DNA of 17,735 bases. Origin: Bdellovibrionia bacterium. Lineage in GTDB: Bacteria > Bdellovibrionota > UBA1018. Location of the stretch: the NCBI GenBank assembly GCA_049424145.1, contig JBMSSC010000050.1:1-17735 (forward strand), given 5' to 3'. Position 1 is the stretch's first letter, and every line of letters starts with the position of its first letter. Below the pieces are notes generated by a model. It saw nothing but the letters and a program-made list of their open reading frames with translations, was not told the DNA's origin and did no database searches. Positions 1-7,076 of the stretch are shown here, one piece after another. A program made the translations under genes and the position numbers.

Positions 1-421
1 GCCCTGAGAGCGGATCGATCTTACTGAAATCAGGAGTCAGTGGATCAAACGAGAACACTGCTCCCACTTGAGCAAAACTTGCTAGAATGCCTAACAAAAA
101 CCCCGCCCCGCAGATCGGAAACCCCATCAGCAGGATCATCTTCAGGGCCTTCATCAGATACTGACCCATCACTTGGGTGTTACCCAGATCGACGCGTGAG
201 GATAGATCGGTCCTCAACACTTCCTTCATGAATTCTGCGATTTCCTGACCAAACCTGGGAGCCATGGAATACATCATCACCGCAACGGTGAGCAAAACAA
301 GAAGCCCACTGAGCTCCTTGCTCTGGGAGACCATCCCCTTGGAGCGAAACTCCTCCAGTCGATACTGAGAGGCTTCTTCTGTTAAATCTTCTCTGGATTG
401 ACTCTCCCGATCGTCCGCCAT
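1..421 (-). CDS. flhB: Flagellar export switch protein FlhB, 5' part (continues beyond window edge)
   Basis: Manual translation from ATG at 421: MADDRESQSREDLTEEASQYRLEEFRSKGMVSQSKELSG...FAQVGAVFSFDPLTPDFSKIDPLSG. This matches the FlhB N-terminal TE..(T/S)..R...R.KG.V..SKEL and Q.G..F....L.P.FSKI.P..G motifs, and it starts 3 nt after the fliR stop. Confidence 0.95.
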   Translation of the reverse strand, partial: MADDRESQSREDLTEEASQYRLEEFRSKGMVSQSKELSGLLVLLTVAVMMYSMAPRFGQEIAEFMKEVLRTDLSSRVDLGNTQVMGQYLMKALKMILLMGFPICGAGFLLGILASFAQVGAVFSFDPLTPDFSKIDPLSG

Positions 422-424
422 CGC

Positions 425-1234
425 TTAGCTCCTAGGAACCATGGATTGCATGGTTCCCTCCATCCAAAGTCCCATCTGGCTGATGAGGGAAACCACATCC
501 TCTCTGAACCCAGGAAGATGGAGAAAGAAGACCACACGCCCCACAAGAGCACTCACCCCCATGGAGATCACCATGACGTTGAGCTGAGGGACGGCTTTGG
601 CCAAAATCCCAAAGATCACGTTCACCGTAAATAAAATCACTGCAACCGGAGCCGACATTTGGATGGCAAATGCAATCACCTGCGAGGAAAGCTGAATGAG
701 ACGTTGATTAAATTGCCCCCCCAGTTGAGCGCGTCCGAGCCCAACAATCTCGTAGCTTCTGAGGGCGGCTCTCACCATCAAGTGATGGCCATCCAACGCT
801 AAAAACAAAAGCATCGCCAACGTGGTTTGAACCTGGGCTACAATCTCGCTCTGTGACTCCTGATGTGGATCATACTGACTGGCTGCAGAAAACCCCATGA
901 AGTTTCCAGCCAGATTCGCTCCAATTGAGATCCCTTGAAAAATCAAGCGAGCCACAAAACCCAAGGCTAAACCCAAAACCACCTCAAGCGACAGGGTGAG
1001 CACCAAATGCGCAGGCGAAGACGACCAAACCTGAGCCTCCCTCACCGAGACGCTCCCGCTTGCGACCAGGGCTGGAAAAATAGCCACACTGGTCGCCAGT
1101 GCGAATAGAATTTTAATCGGTGCTGCAACCACACGATCCCCAATAAAAGGCAGTACCGTATACAAAACACTGATCCTCACCAGAACCGCAACGAAGGTAA
1201 GGAGCTCTGGCACATTCACCTGAAAGAGCGACAC
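425..1234 (-). CDS. fliR: Flagellar export gate protein FliR (GTG start)
   Basis: 269 aa, highly hydrophobic; EVVLGLALGF, MGFSAASQYDP, LFLALDGHH, KAVPQLNV motifs; follows fliQ with a TAGTG overlap. Confidence 0.96.
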   Translation of the reverse strand: MSLFQVNVPELLTFVAVLVRISVLYTVLPFIGDRVVAAPIKILFALATSVAIFPALVASGSVSVREAQVWSSSPAHLVLTLSLEVVLGLALGFVARLIFQGISIGANLAGNFMGFSAASQYDPHQESQSEIVAQVQTTLAMLLFLALDGHHLMVRAALRSYEIVGLGRAQLGGQFNQRLIQLSSQVIAFAIQMSAPVAVILFTVNVIFGILAKAVPQLNVMVISMGVSALVGRVVFFLHLPGFREDVVSLISQMGLWMEGTMQSMVPRS

Positions 1235-1503
1235 TAGCGAACCAACCCTCCAGCCCCACCTAAGACATCGGTGGTGTACTGTCTGAGCACCTCCAACATC
1301 CAGGGAGCCATGATAAATAAAACGGCAACAACAGCCACCATTTTGGGAATAAACGTGAGCGTCGACTCATTGATTTGCGTGATGGCCTGAAGAATACTCA
1401 CCATAATCCCTACACTCATGGCGGCCAGCAAAAGGGGCCCCGCTAAAAAAAGGGTCGTCTTCAGTGCCTCCGTCCCAATGGACATCACCATTTCTTCATT
1501 CAT
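1234..1503 (-). CDS. fliQ: Flagellar export gate protein FliQ
   Basis: 89 aa; VSILQAITQINESTLTFIPK signature and C-terminal APWML. Confidence 0.98.
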   Translation of the reverse strand: MNEEMVMSIGTEALKTTLFLAGPLLLAAMSVGIMVSILQAITQINESTLTFIPKMVAVVAVLFIMAPWMLEVLRQYTTDVLGGAGGLVR

Positions 1504-1530
1504 CGGATTCGGTACTCCTTTTCTTCCTTC

Positions 1531-2331
1531 TTAACCAAAACTTTTGACCAAACTTCCAATCATGAGTTCCCACCCATCCACTAAGACAAAGAGCATCAAT
1601 TTAAACGGAAGCGAGATCATCACCGGAGGCAGCATCATCATTCCCATGGCCATCAGAACACTGGCCACCACCATATCCAGAACCAAAAACGGCAAGTACA
1701 ACATGAATCCAATCTGAAACGCCGTTTTTAGCTCACTGATAATAAACGCAGGAACCAGAACATAGGTCGGAACCTCTGTGCGATTCCTTGGCTTAACTTC
1801 CTTGGAAAGCGAGAGGAATAGCTCCAAATCCTTCTCCCGAGTCTGATTGAACATAAACTCCCGGAGCGGAGCCTCGGCCCGACTCATGGCCACTTGTTGG
1901 GTGATTTTCTCACTCAAGTAAGGCTCCACGGCCTGCGAGGAAATGACCTTCCAGGTGGGAGCCATGACAAAAAATGAGAGAAACAACGAGAGCCCTACGA
2001 TCAGTTGATTCGGAGGCATCTGCTGAGTTCCAAGCGCTTGCCTCACAAAACTGAGCACCACCACGATGCGCGTAAACGCAGTCATCATAATGAGGATGGA
2101 AGGAGCTAGCGAGAGGACCGTCAGCATCAGGATGATTCTTAAGGTCGCCACCATATCGGCGGGCTTCTCCTGCTTAGCAAACGACAGACTCAGGGAGGGC
2201 AGAGAGAGTCCTGAAGTGCCGGGAATAAAACTCCCCTTGGCCGCTCCCCCTTCTGCATAAGCCCAGGAGCTTGCAAGCAGGAGGCACACCACAAACCCAA
2301 AACTCAGCCCAAGCATTCTCGCTTTTCTCAT
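1531..2331 (-). CDS. fliP: Flagellar export gate protein FliP with N-terminal signal peptide
   Basis: MTAFTRIVVVLSFVRQALGTQQMPPNQ, VPAFIISELKTAFQIGF, MGMMMLPP...LPFKLMLFVLVDGW signatures; signal peptide ending AYA. Confidence 0.98.
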   Translation of the reverse strand: MRKARMLGLSFGFVVCLLLASSWAYAEGGAAKGSFIPGTSGLSLPSLSLSFAKQEKPADMVATLRIILMLTVLSLAPSILIMMTAFTRIVVVLSFVRQALGTQQMPPNQLIVGLSLFLSFFVMAPTWKVISSQAVEPYLSEKITQQVAMSRAEAPLREFMFNQTREKDLELFLSLSKEVKPRNRTEVPTYVLVPAFIISELKTAFQIGFMLYLPFLVLDMVVASVLMAMGMMMLPPVMISLPFKLMLFVLVDGWELMIGSLVKSFG

Positions 2332-3461
2332 AGGGGCTTTAATCCTTGAAGGCGATTCTTAATCCGAGAACTTGCACTCGGGATCAAAGAGGCCTCATCC
2401 TGTCCCAAATCAGGCCTTCTGGCCTCAGACTGCAGCAGGTCAGAAAACATCATCTCTGGACCCAAAGGACCGCTCGAGGAAGAATCCCCACTTACAGGGT
2501 CCCCCTCAGAGATCTGAGTAATCAAATTGATCGAGTCATTGGAAACACCAAGGACCAAAAGCTGCCCTGCCACTCTCACCACGGCCAGGCTCTTTTTCGG
2601 ATCCAGATGATGGGTCGCAATCACTTCAATCATGTCACGATCTTTTAGGAGACCTTTTTTTGCGAACTTTCCAACGGCTTTCACCCAGTTGCTCTTGGAT
2701 TCAAACTTCTTTAACTTCTTCAGAGCAAAGATGAATAAGCAAAACAGAGCTGAGACTAAGATCATCTTCCAAAACACGGGCCACAAAGGAGGCAGGGGTT
2801 TTCCTCCTGCAAGCCTAGGCTTTTCCTGTCCCCGAAGTGCATTTGACTCAGTTCTCTGCTCTAACTGAGTCTCTGAGGGCGGGGCATTTTTCTGATCAAG
2901 CGCCTCACTGGGAGCCGCAGCAGAATTTTCCTTCATGACCTTCTCGAGTAGTAATTTTTCATCCACCTCCCGGGAATCCTGAGGCGAGTTTTCTACGGCC
3001 TTAACTGACTCGATTTTTTGCTCTCCGGCTCCTGCATTTTCTCGTGCTTGGACAAAAGCAGGGTCGAGGCTCACTTGGAGGCTCTCACCTTTGAACTGAA
3101 GTCTGAACTTGTTTTTAAAATCCCCTGCTTTGCCCCGGAGATTAAATCGACAACGGATCAGCTGAGGAGAGTACTGATAGGCAAAGATCTTCGATACGAA
3201 CTTTCCGGTTACCGGGACGATCTTAGCCGGATAAACGCCAACGTTTTTTATGGAGAGCTGATAGAGATCATCCTGCAACTCCGAAGAAATCCAAGAGCGA
3301 TCCACCTTCCCATCAAAGTGCATCAGAAATTCAGAAACGCCTTTCACCTCAACACTTTTTAAGCTCACTACAGCGTGGGAAAAACGGGGAGCAAAGAAGC
3401 TCAATCCGATAAGGATCCAAACCGACTGAACTAAGTTCATTTGAGTTTTCCGTGCGATCAT
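2328..3461 (-). CDS. fliO: FliO-family export gate assembly protein, extended form with signal peptide and N-terminal periplasmic domain
   Basis: Lies between fliN and fliP; single TM (WKMILVSALFCLFIFAL) followed by the FliO domain IEVIATHHLDPKKSLAVVRVAGQLLVLGVSNDSINLITQI. Confidence 0.88.
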   Translation of the reverse strand: MIARKTQMNLVQSVWILIGLSFFAPRFSHAVVSLKSVEVKGVSEFLMHFDGKVDRSWISSELQDDLYQLSIKNVGVYPAKIVPVTGKFVSKIFAYQYSPQLIRCRFNLRGKAGDFKNKFRLQFKGESLQVSLDPAFVQARENAGAGEQKIESVKAVENSPQDSREVDEKLLLEKVMKENSAAAPSEALDQKNAPPSETQLEQRTESNALRGQEKPRLAGGKPLPPLWPVFWKMILVSALFCLFIFALKKLKKFESKSNWVKAVGKFAKKGLLKDRDMIEVIATHHLDPKKSLAVVRVAGQLLVLGVSNDSINLITQISEGDPVSGDSSSSGPLGPEMMFSDLLQSEARRPDLGQDEASLIPSASSRIKNRLQGLKPL

Positions 3462-3838
3462 TTGAGTTGCTCAATCCTCTCCACGGGAGAAATGATGTCC
3501 GTGATACGAATCCCAAACTTTTCATTCACTACGACGACTTCGCCTCGTGCAATGAGCTTGTCATTGACTAGAACCTCAAGCGGCTCACCCACAAATTTCG
3601 TGAGCTCAATCACAGAGCCCTGAGACAGCTGAATCACATCCCGAATCTCCATCTTGGAGCGACCCAGCTCAGCCGTCACCTTCAGTGGAATATCGAGAAT
3701 AAAGTCCAAGGACTGAATGGGTGGAGCAGCGGGCTTCCTGGGTGAAGCTCCCTTGGGGCCCCCAGAAAATCCGCCTTCTGAGCCCTGCCCTCCTATGTTT
3801 GAATTGTCTTCGCCATGATCTGCAGCAGCGCCTGCCAT
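3458..3838 (-). CDS. fliN: Flagellar motor switch protein FliN (start revised to ATG at 3838; ORF track uses TTG at 3865)
   Basis: SpoA domain LDFILDIPLKVTAELGRS...GSVIEL...GEPLEVLVNDKLIARGEVVVVNEKFGIRITDI; ATG at 3838 is preceded by the RBS-like GGGGAG right after the fliM stop. Confidence 0.96.
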   Translation of the reverse strand: MAGAAADHGEDNSNIGGQGSEGGFSGGPKGASPRKPAAPPIQSLDFILDIPLKVTAELGRSKMEIRDVIQLSQGSVIELTKFVGEPLEVLVNDKLIARGEVVVVNEKFGIRITDIISPVERIEQLK

Positions 3839-3851
3839 ACTGTTTCTCCCC

Positions 3852-4895
3852 TTATTCGTGTTCAACTAAACGCGTCACTTGAACTGCTCGATTGCCCCTG
3901 GACACCCCAAAGAAGCACTTAAACTTAGGCACTTCCTCGACCAAGACATCAAGCTCTCCATCCGCATCCTGAGCCAGTGGAATGATGTCTCCCTCATTGA
4001 GATTCACCAAGTCACCCACTGTGATTTGAGCGCTTCCCAAATTCACCTTCACGTTGACTGAGACGTTTTTTACGTGCTCCTCCATGTAGGCTTGCCATTC
4101 CGTATCCCCACTATCGTTCTCGGATTGAAACGAAGCATTGAGCTTGTTTCTAATCGGCTCAATGGTGGAGTAAGGAATGACCAGAGCGATGGTGCCGCTT
4201 GCGTTCTCAAGCTCAATTTCAAAAATCGTGGAAATGATCACGTCACTGGGGGGAACAATCCCCACGAACTGAGGATTCACCTCAGCTCTGACAAAGGAAA
4301 TGTCAACTTTATGAACGGGAGCCCAGGCTTCTTCGAGATCTTTGATTGCAAAATCCATCACCTTGCGCATGATCGAAAGCTCAATGCGAGTGAACTCTTT
4401 TCCCTCAGTCTTTGCGTACTGACGATCCGTGCCCCCAAAGAAACTATCCACGAGTGCATAGGCCAGCTTGGACTCATAGACTAGGAGCGCTGATCCCCTG
4501 AGGCTCTCAAACCTCATGATGCACATGCAACTGGGGATCGGAAGCGTGTTGACAAATTCTCCAAACTTCAGAAGATCGGTCGAAATAATATTAATCGAGG
4601 CAATCTTACGCAGCGCGTTCGAAAGGGACATTCGATAGAGTCGAATGAATCGCTCATAGATGATATCCAAGGTGGGCATCCGACCCCGGATCACGCGATC
4701 CTGACTCGTCAGGTCGTAGAGAGTCACATCGGGCTGATTGGATGCTCGAGCGGATCCTCCTGAGAAATTCTCCTGAAATCCACCCCCTGAAGTCGCTCCG
4801 TCACTGGGGGCTTGGCCTGAATCTCCTGCAGGCGCAGTTCCCCCGACTGCTCCAAGCAGTGCATCCACTTCAGATTGGGTAAGAACTTGATTCAT
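3852..4895 (-). CDS. fliM: Flagellar motor switch protein FliM
   Basis: N-terminal CheY-P-binding VLTQSEVDALL; YDLTSQDRVIRGRMPTLDIIYERF; DSFFGG; EFTRIE; EVNPQFVGIVPPSD; C-terminal SpoA domain. Confidence 0.98.
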   Translation of the reverse strand: MNQVLTQSEVDALLGAVGGTAPAGDSGQAPSDGATSGGGFQENFSGGSARASNQPDVTLYDLTSQDRVIRGRMPTLDIIYERFIRLYRMSLSNALRKIASINIISTDLLKFGEFVNTLPIPSCMCIMRFESLRGSALLVYESKLAYALVDSFFGGTDRQYAKTEGKEFTRIELSIMRKVMDFAIKDLEEAWAPVHKVDISFVRAEVNPQFVGIVPPSDVIISTIFEIELENASGTIALVIPYSTIEPIRNKLNASFQSENDSGDTEWQAYMEEHVKNVSVNVKVNLGSAQITVGDLVNLNEGDIIPLAQDADGELDVLVEEVPKFKCFFGVSRGNRAVQVTRLVEHE

Positions 4896-4900
4896 AATTG

Positions 4901-4947
4901 AGCCATCCTAGCTTGGTTACCGTACCCAGGAGCATCCCGCTCCCAAG
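4901..4947 (-). promoter_or_regulatory. Two GGA-loop hairpins in the fliM leader (candidate CsrA/RsmA-type sites), the second overlapping the RBS
   Basis: Minus-strand RNA GGAGC-GGGAU-GCUCC (4929-4943) and AGCU-AGGAU-GGCU (4901-4913); ATG at 4895. Confidence 0.35.
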
Positions 4948-4951
4948 TCCA

Positions 4952-5539
4952 TTACGTGTGTAAAGCAAAACTAGTGAAGAAGACTCCCTTCACTTTTCCA
5001 CTCACTAAGAAACTATTGATAGAAGACTTAATTTCCTCCTTGAGAAACTCTCGCCCCTCAACGGTTGCAAGATCGGAGGATCGCTTACTGTTGACTAAAT
5101 CAATGATCGTATTTCTGACTTGAGGGATTTTGAAATTGACTTCCGCTTCAACTTCCTCGTTTGGAAGCTCAAGCGAGATATTGATCCGAAGGTACTTAGG
5201 AGCGGTACTTCCAGGAGCTGAGAGATTCACGGTGAACTGATCAAGATTGATCATCTTACCGAGTTCTTCGTGCTTTTTAGGGGCTTTCTCAGCCTCTCCG
5301 TGGCCTCCCCCATGACCTCCCCCTCCGCCATGGCCCTCTCCCTTTTCTTTTGAATCCTCTTCGGAGGCTCTAAGAGCAATGTCTTCGGCTTCTTGCCGAT
5401 TCTTATCTTTTTGAAAGGAAAGGTATAAGACGCCCACAATTCCAAGCGTCACCAAGAGATTCACAGCCGTGAGGATCATCACTAATCCTCCTCCTGCTTG
5501 ACCTCGAGTATTGAGCAACTGATTTTTGAAGCTCCTCAT
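4952..5539 (-). CDS. fliL: Flagellar basal body-associated protein FliL
   Basis: Single N-terminal TM; LDQFTVNL, YLRINISLE, PQVRNTII, DLATVEGREFLKEEI, GKVKGVFFTSF motifs; directly upstream of fliM; RBS GAGGAGG at 5551-5557. Confidence 0.96.
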   Translation of the reverse strand: MRSFKNQLLNTRGQAGGGLVMILTAVNLLVTLGIVGVLYLSFQKDKNRQEAEDIALRASEEDSKEKGEGHGGGGGHGGGHGEAEKAPKKHEELGKMINLDQFTVNLSAPGSTAPKYLRINISLELPNEEVEAEVNFKIPQVRNTIIDLVNSKRSSDLATVEGREFLKEEIKSSINSFLVSGKVKGVFFTSFALHT

Positions 5540-5553
5540 AAGCGAAAAGTCCT

Positions 5554-5597
5554 CCTCGCGGGTACTTCCTATTTTGCAATGGAAGTACCCGCAGAGG
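5554..5597. repeat. Inverted repeat: perfect 12-bp arms (5558-5569 / 5581-5592), extendable by 4 bp into the fliL RBS
   Basis: GCGGGTACTTCC-N11-GGAAGTACCCGC; flanking CCTC (5554-5557) and GAGG (5594-5597) pair across a 1-nt bulge. Confidence 0.9.
5575..5590 (-). promoter_or_regulatory. Putative sigma54 (RpoN) -24/-12 promoter for fliL-fliM-fliN-fliO-fliP-fliQ-fliR-flhB
   Basis: Minus strand GGGTACTTCCATTGCA versus consensus TGGCAC-N5-TTGCW: exact GG-N10-GC spacing, AC and TTGCA retained; predicted +1 near 5564, just upstream of the fliL RBS. Confidence 0.6.
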
Positions 5598-5618
5598 CAA
5601 GACCTAGAGCTTCATTAA

Positions 5619-5639
5619 TATAAATAATTTTTATTTATA
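5619..5639. repeat. AT-only inverted repeat (9-bp arms, 3-nt spacer)
   Basis: TATAAATAA-TTT-TTATTTATA. Confidence 0.7.
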
Positions 5640-5640
5640 C

Positions 5641-5666
5641 TTGAGAGTCAAAACACTGACTCTCAA
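5641..5666. repeat. Perfect 10-bp inverted repeat just after the flgE stop (activator site, or mRNA-stabilising/terminating hairpin)
   Basis: TTGAGAGTCA-AAACAC-TGACTCTCAA; no U-tract follows on the coding strand. Confidence 0.85.
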
Positions 5667-5681
5667 TTCAGATCTCATTCA

Positions 5682-6965
5682 CTAACCGCGCTTCAAGTTT
5701 AAGACATCCTGAAGCATCTCATCGGAGGTACTAATCACCTTCGTATTGGCTTGGAAGTTCCGTTGAGCCTGAATTAAGTTAATGAATTCGTTAGCAATAT
5801 CTGTTGTGGAGGCTTCAATCGTTTTAGCCGTCAAACGTCCACGACCACCGGCCTGAGGGGAGCCAATGGAACCTTCACCAGAAAGCCTACTGGCTCGGAA
5901 GCGGTTTTGACCGACCTTATTTAACGCCTCAGGGTTTTCAAACTTAGCCAAAGCGATTTTTCCCATGACTAAGCTCTGACCATTGGTGAAATTAGCAATC
6001 ATGGTCCCATCATCATTAAAGCTCAAACCCATCAAGCTTCCACCCGTGGATCCGTTCTGAACATTTTTATACGTCTCAGAAGCTGTTCCATACTGAGTGA
6101 CTTCCAGGCCATTGCCACCGGATTTCTTATCGGCTCCAAAATTGAATTTCACCACCTGATTGGGAAGCGCTCCTTTGGTAAAACTAAAGGAGGACTTATC
6201 GGTCACCTGCTCTTTTAATCGCCCATCCGTATCAAAAACCAATTTCCCCTTGGCGCACTCCACCATCTTGCCCTTTGCTCCTCCCACGATTTCATCGCCT
6301 TTGGCCATGGCTCTCCAGGTCCAAACTCCATCTTCCGTTCGATTAAAGTAGAGGTTCACAGAATGAGCAATACCCGCAGAATCATAGACTGTCACACCGG
6401 TTCCAAAGTGCGAAGTCAAATCAGGTTGTTCAGGATCAAAGTTTTCCTTAATCTCGCTTCTTAAATCCAGGTTAGCAAATAGCTTCACTTCATTGGTGGG
6501 CTTCGCAGGGATCACGGATCGAGTGATCTCCATCTCCCCGAGTTTTGAGGTAATTTTGCCATCATCGTCGGCTTGATACCCCAAAACATGGAAGTTATCG
6601 GAGTTAATTAACTTTCCCTCCTTGTCAAAGTGCATGGATCCATTTCGTGTGTAGGTTTGACCATCAATTCCTTGGAGAACAAAAAACCCATCTCCGGTAA
6701 TCGAGATGTCAGTGGGTGATTCCGTCTGAAGAATGGAGCCTTGAGAGAAGATTGGATTAACAGCACCGAGGCGAACTCCACGACCGACTTGGTTGCCGCC
6801 TTGATACCCCTTAAGTGATTGAGAGATCACGTCCTGAAACTCAGGTCGACTCACTTTAAAGCCAATCGTCCCAGCGTTTGCAATGTTATCACTAAATACG
6901 GATAACGCCTCACCTTGAGCCGATAGACCTGAAGTTCCTGTCAACATTGAAGAAAGAATACCCAT
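5682..6965 (-). CDS. flgE: Flagellar hook protein FlgE
   Basis: 427 aa; SGL...SDNIANAGTIGFK, FSQGSI..T..PTDISITGDGFF, YTRNG, VYDSAG (FlaE/D2 domain), IEASTTDIANEFINLIQAQRNFQAN; RBS AAGGAGG at 6974-6980. Confidence 0.97.
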   Translation of the reverse strand: MGILSSMLTGTSGLSAQGEALSVFSDNIANAGTIGFKVSRPEFQDVISQSLKGYQGGNQVGRGVRLGAVNPIFSQGSILQTESPTDISITGDGFFVLQGIDGQTYTRNGSMHFDKEGKLINSDNFHVLGYQADDDGKITSKLGEMEITRSVIPAKPTNEVKLFANLDLRSEIKENFDPEQPDLTSHFGTGVTVYDSAGIAHSVNLYFNRTEDGVWTWRAMAKGDEIVGGAKGKMVECAKGKLVFDTDGRLKEQVTDKSSFSFTKGALPNQVVKFNFGADKKSGGNGLEVTQYGTASETYKNVQNGSTGGSLMGLSFNDDGTMIANFTNGQSLVMGKIALAKFENPEALNKVGQNRFRASRLSGEGSIGSPQAGGRGRLTAKTIEASTTDIANEFINLIQAQRNFQANTKVISTSDEMLQDVLNLKRG

Positions 6966-7006
6966 ACGGAAAGCCTCCTTGCATTCATTGCATTAGTTTA
7001 GTTATT

Positions 7007-7059
7007 ACAATCCGTCCATCATTCGGGATTGTTAGGCTTCCCTCAAAGGGTCCAGCCTA
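7007..7059 (-). promoter_or_regulatory. Candidate structured cis-regulatory RNA in the flgE leader (two abutting hairpins)
   Basis: RNA: UAGGCU-GGA-CCCU-UUG-AGGG-A-AGCCUA (7059-7033) immediately followed by ACAAUCC-CGAAUGAUGGAC-GGAUUGU (7032-7007). Confidence 0.55.
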
Positions 7060-7076
7060 TGATTTCCACTGACTTC

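Noticed and set aside
3839..3865. Longer FliN starting at TTG 3865, overlapping fliM
   Set aside because: ATG at 3838 has a well-placed GGGGAG RBS and avoids the overlap.
5641..5666. Canonical intrinsic terminator after flgE
   Set aside because: No U-tract follows on the coding strand; retained only as an inverted repeat of uncertain role.
5641..5666. Sigma70 -35 hexamers (TTGACT, TTGAGA) within the palindrome
   Set aside because: No good -10 hexamer lies at 16-18 bp spacing on the coding strand.
5540..5681. c-di-GMP-I (GEMM) riboswitch upstream of fliL, suggested by a GNRA-capped stem
   Set aside because: The conserved GGCAAAC...GAAA...GACGCAAAGC core and tetraloop-receptor stem are absent.
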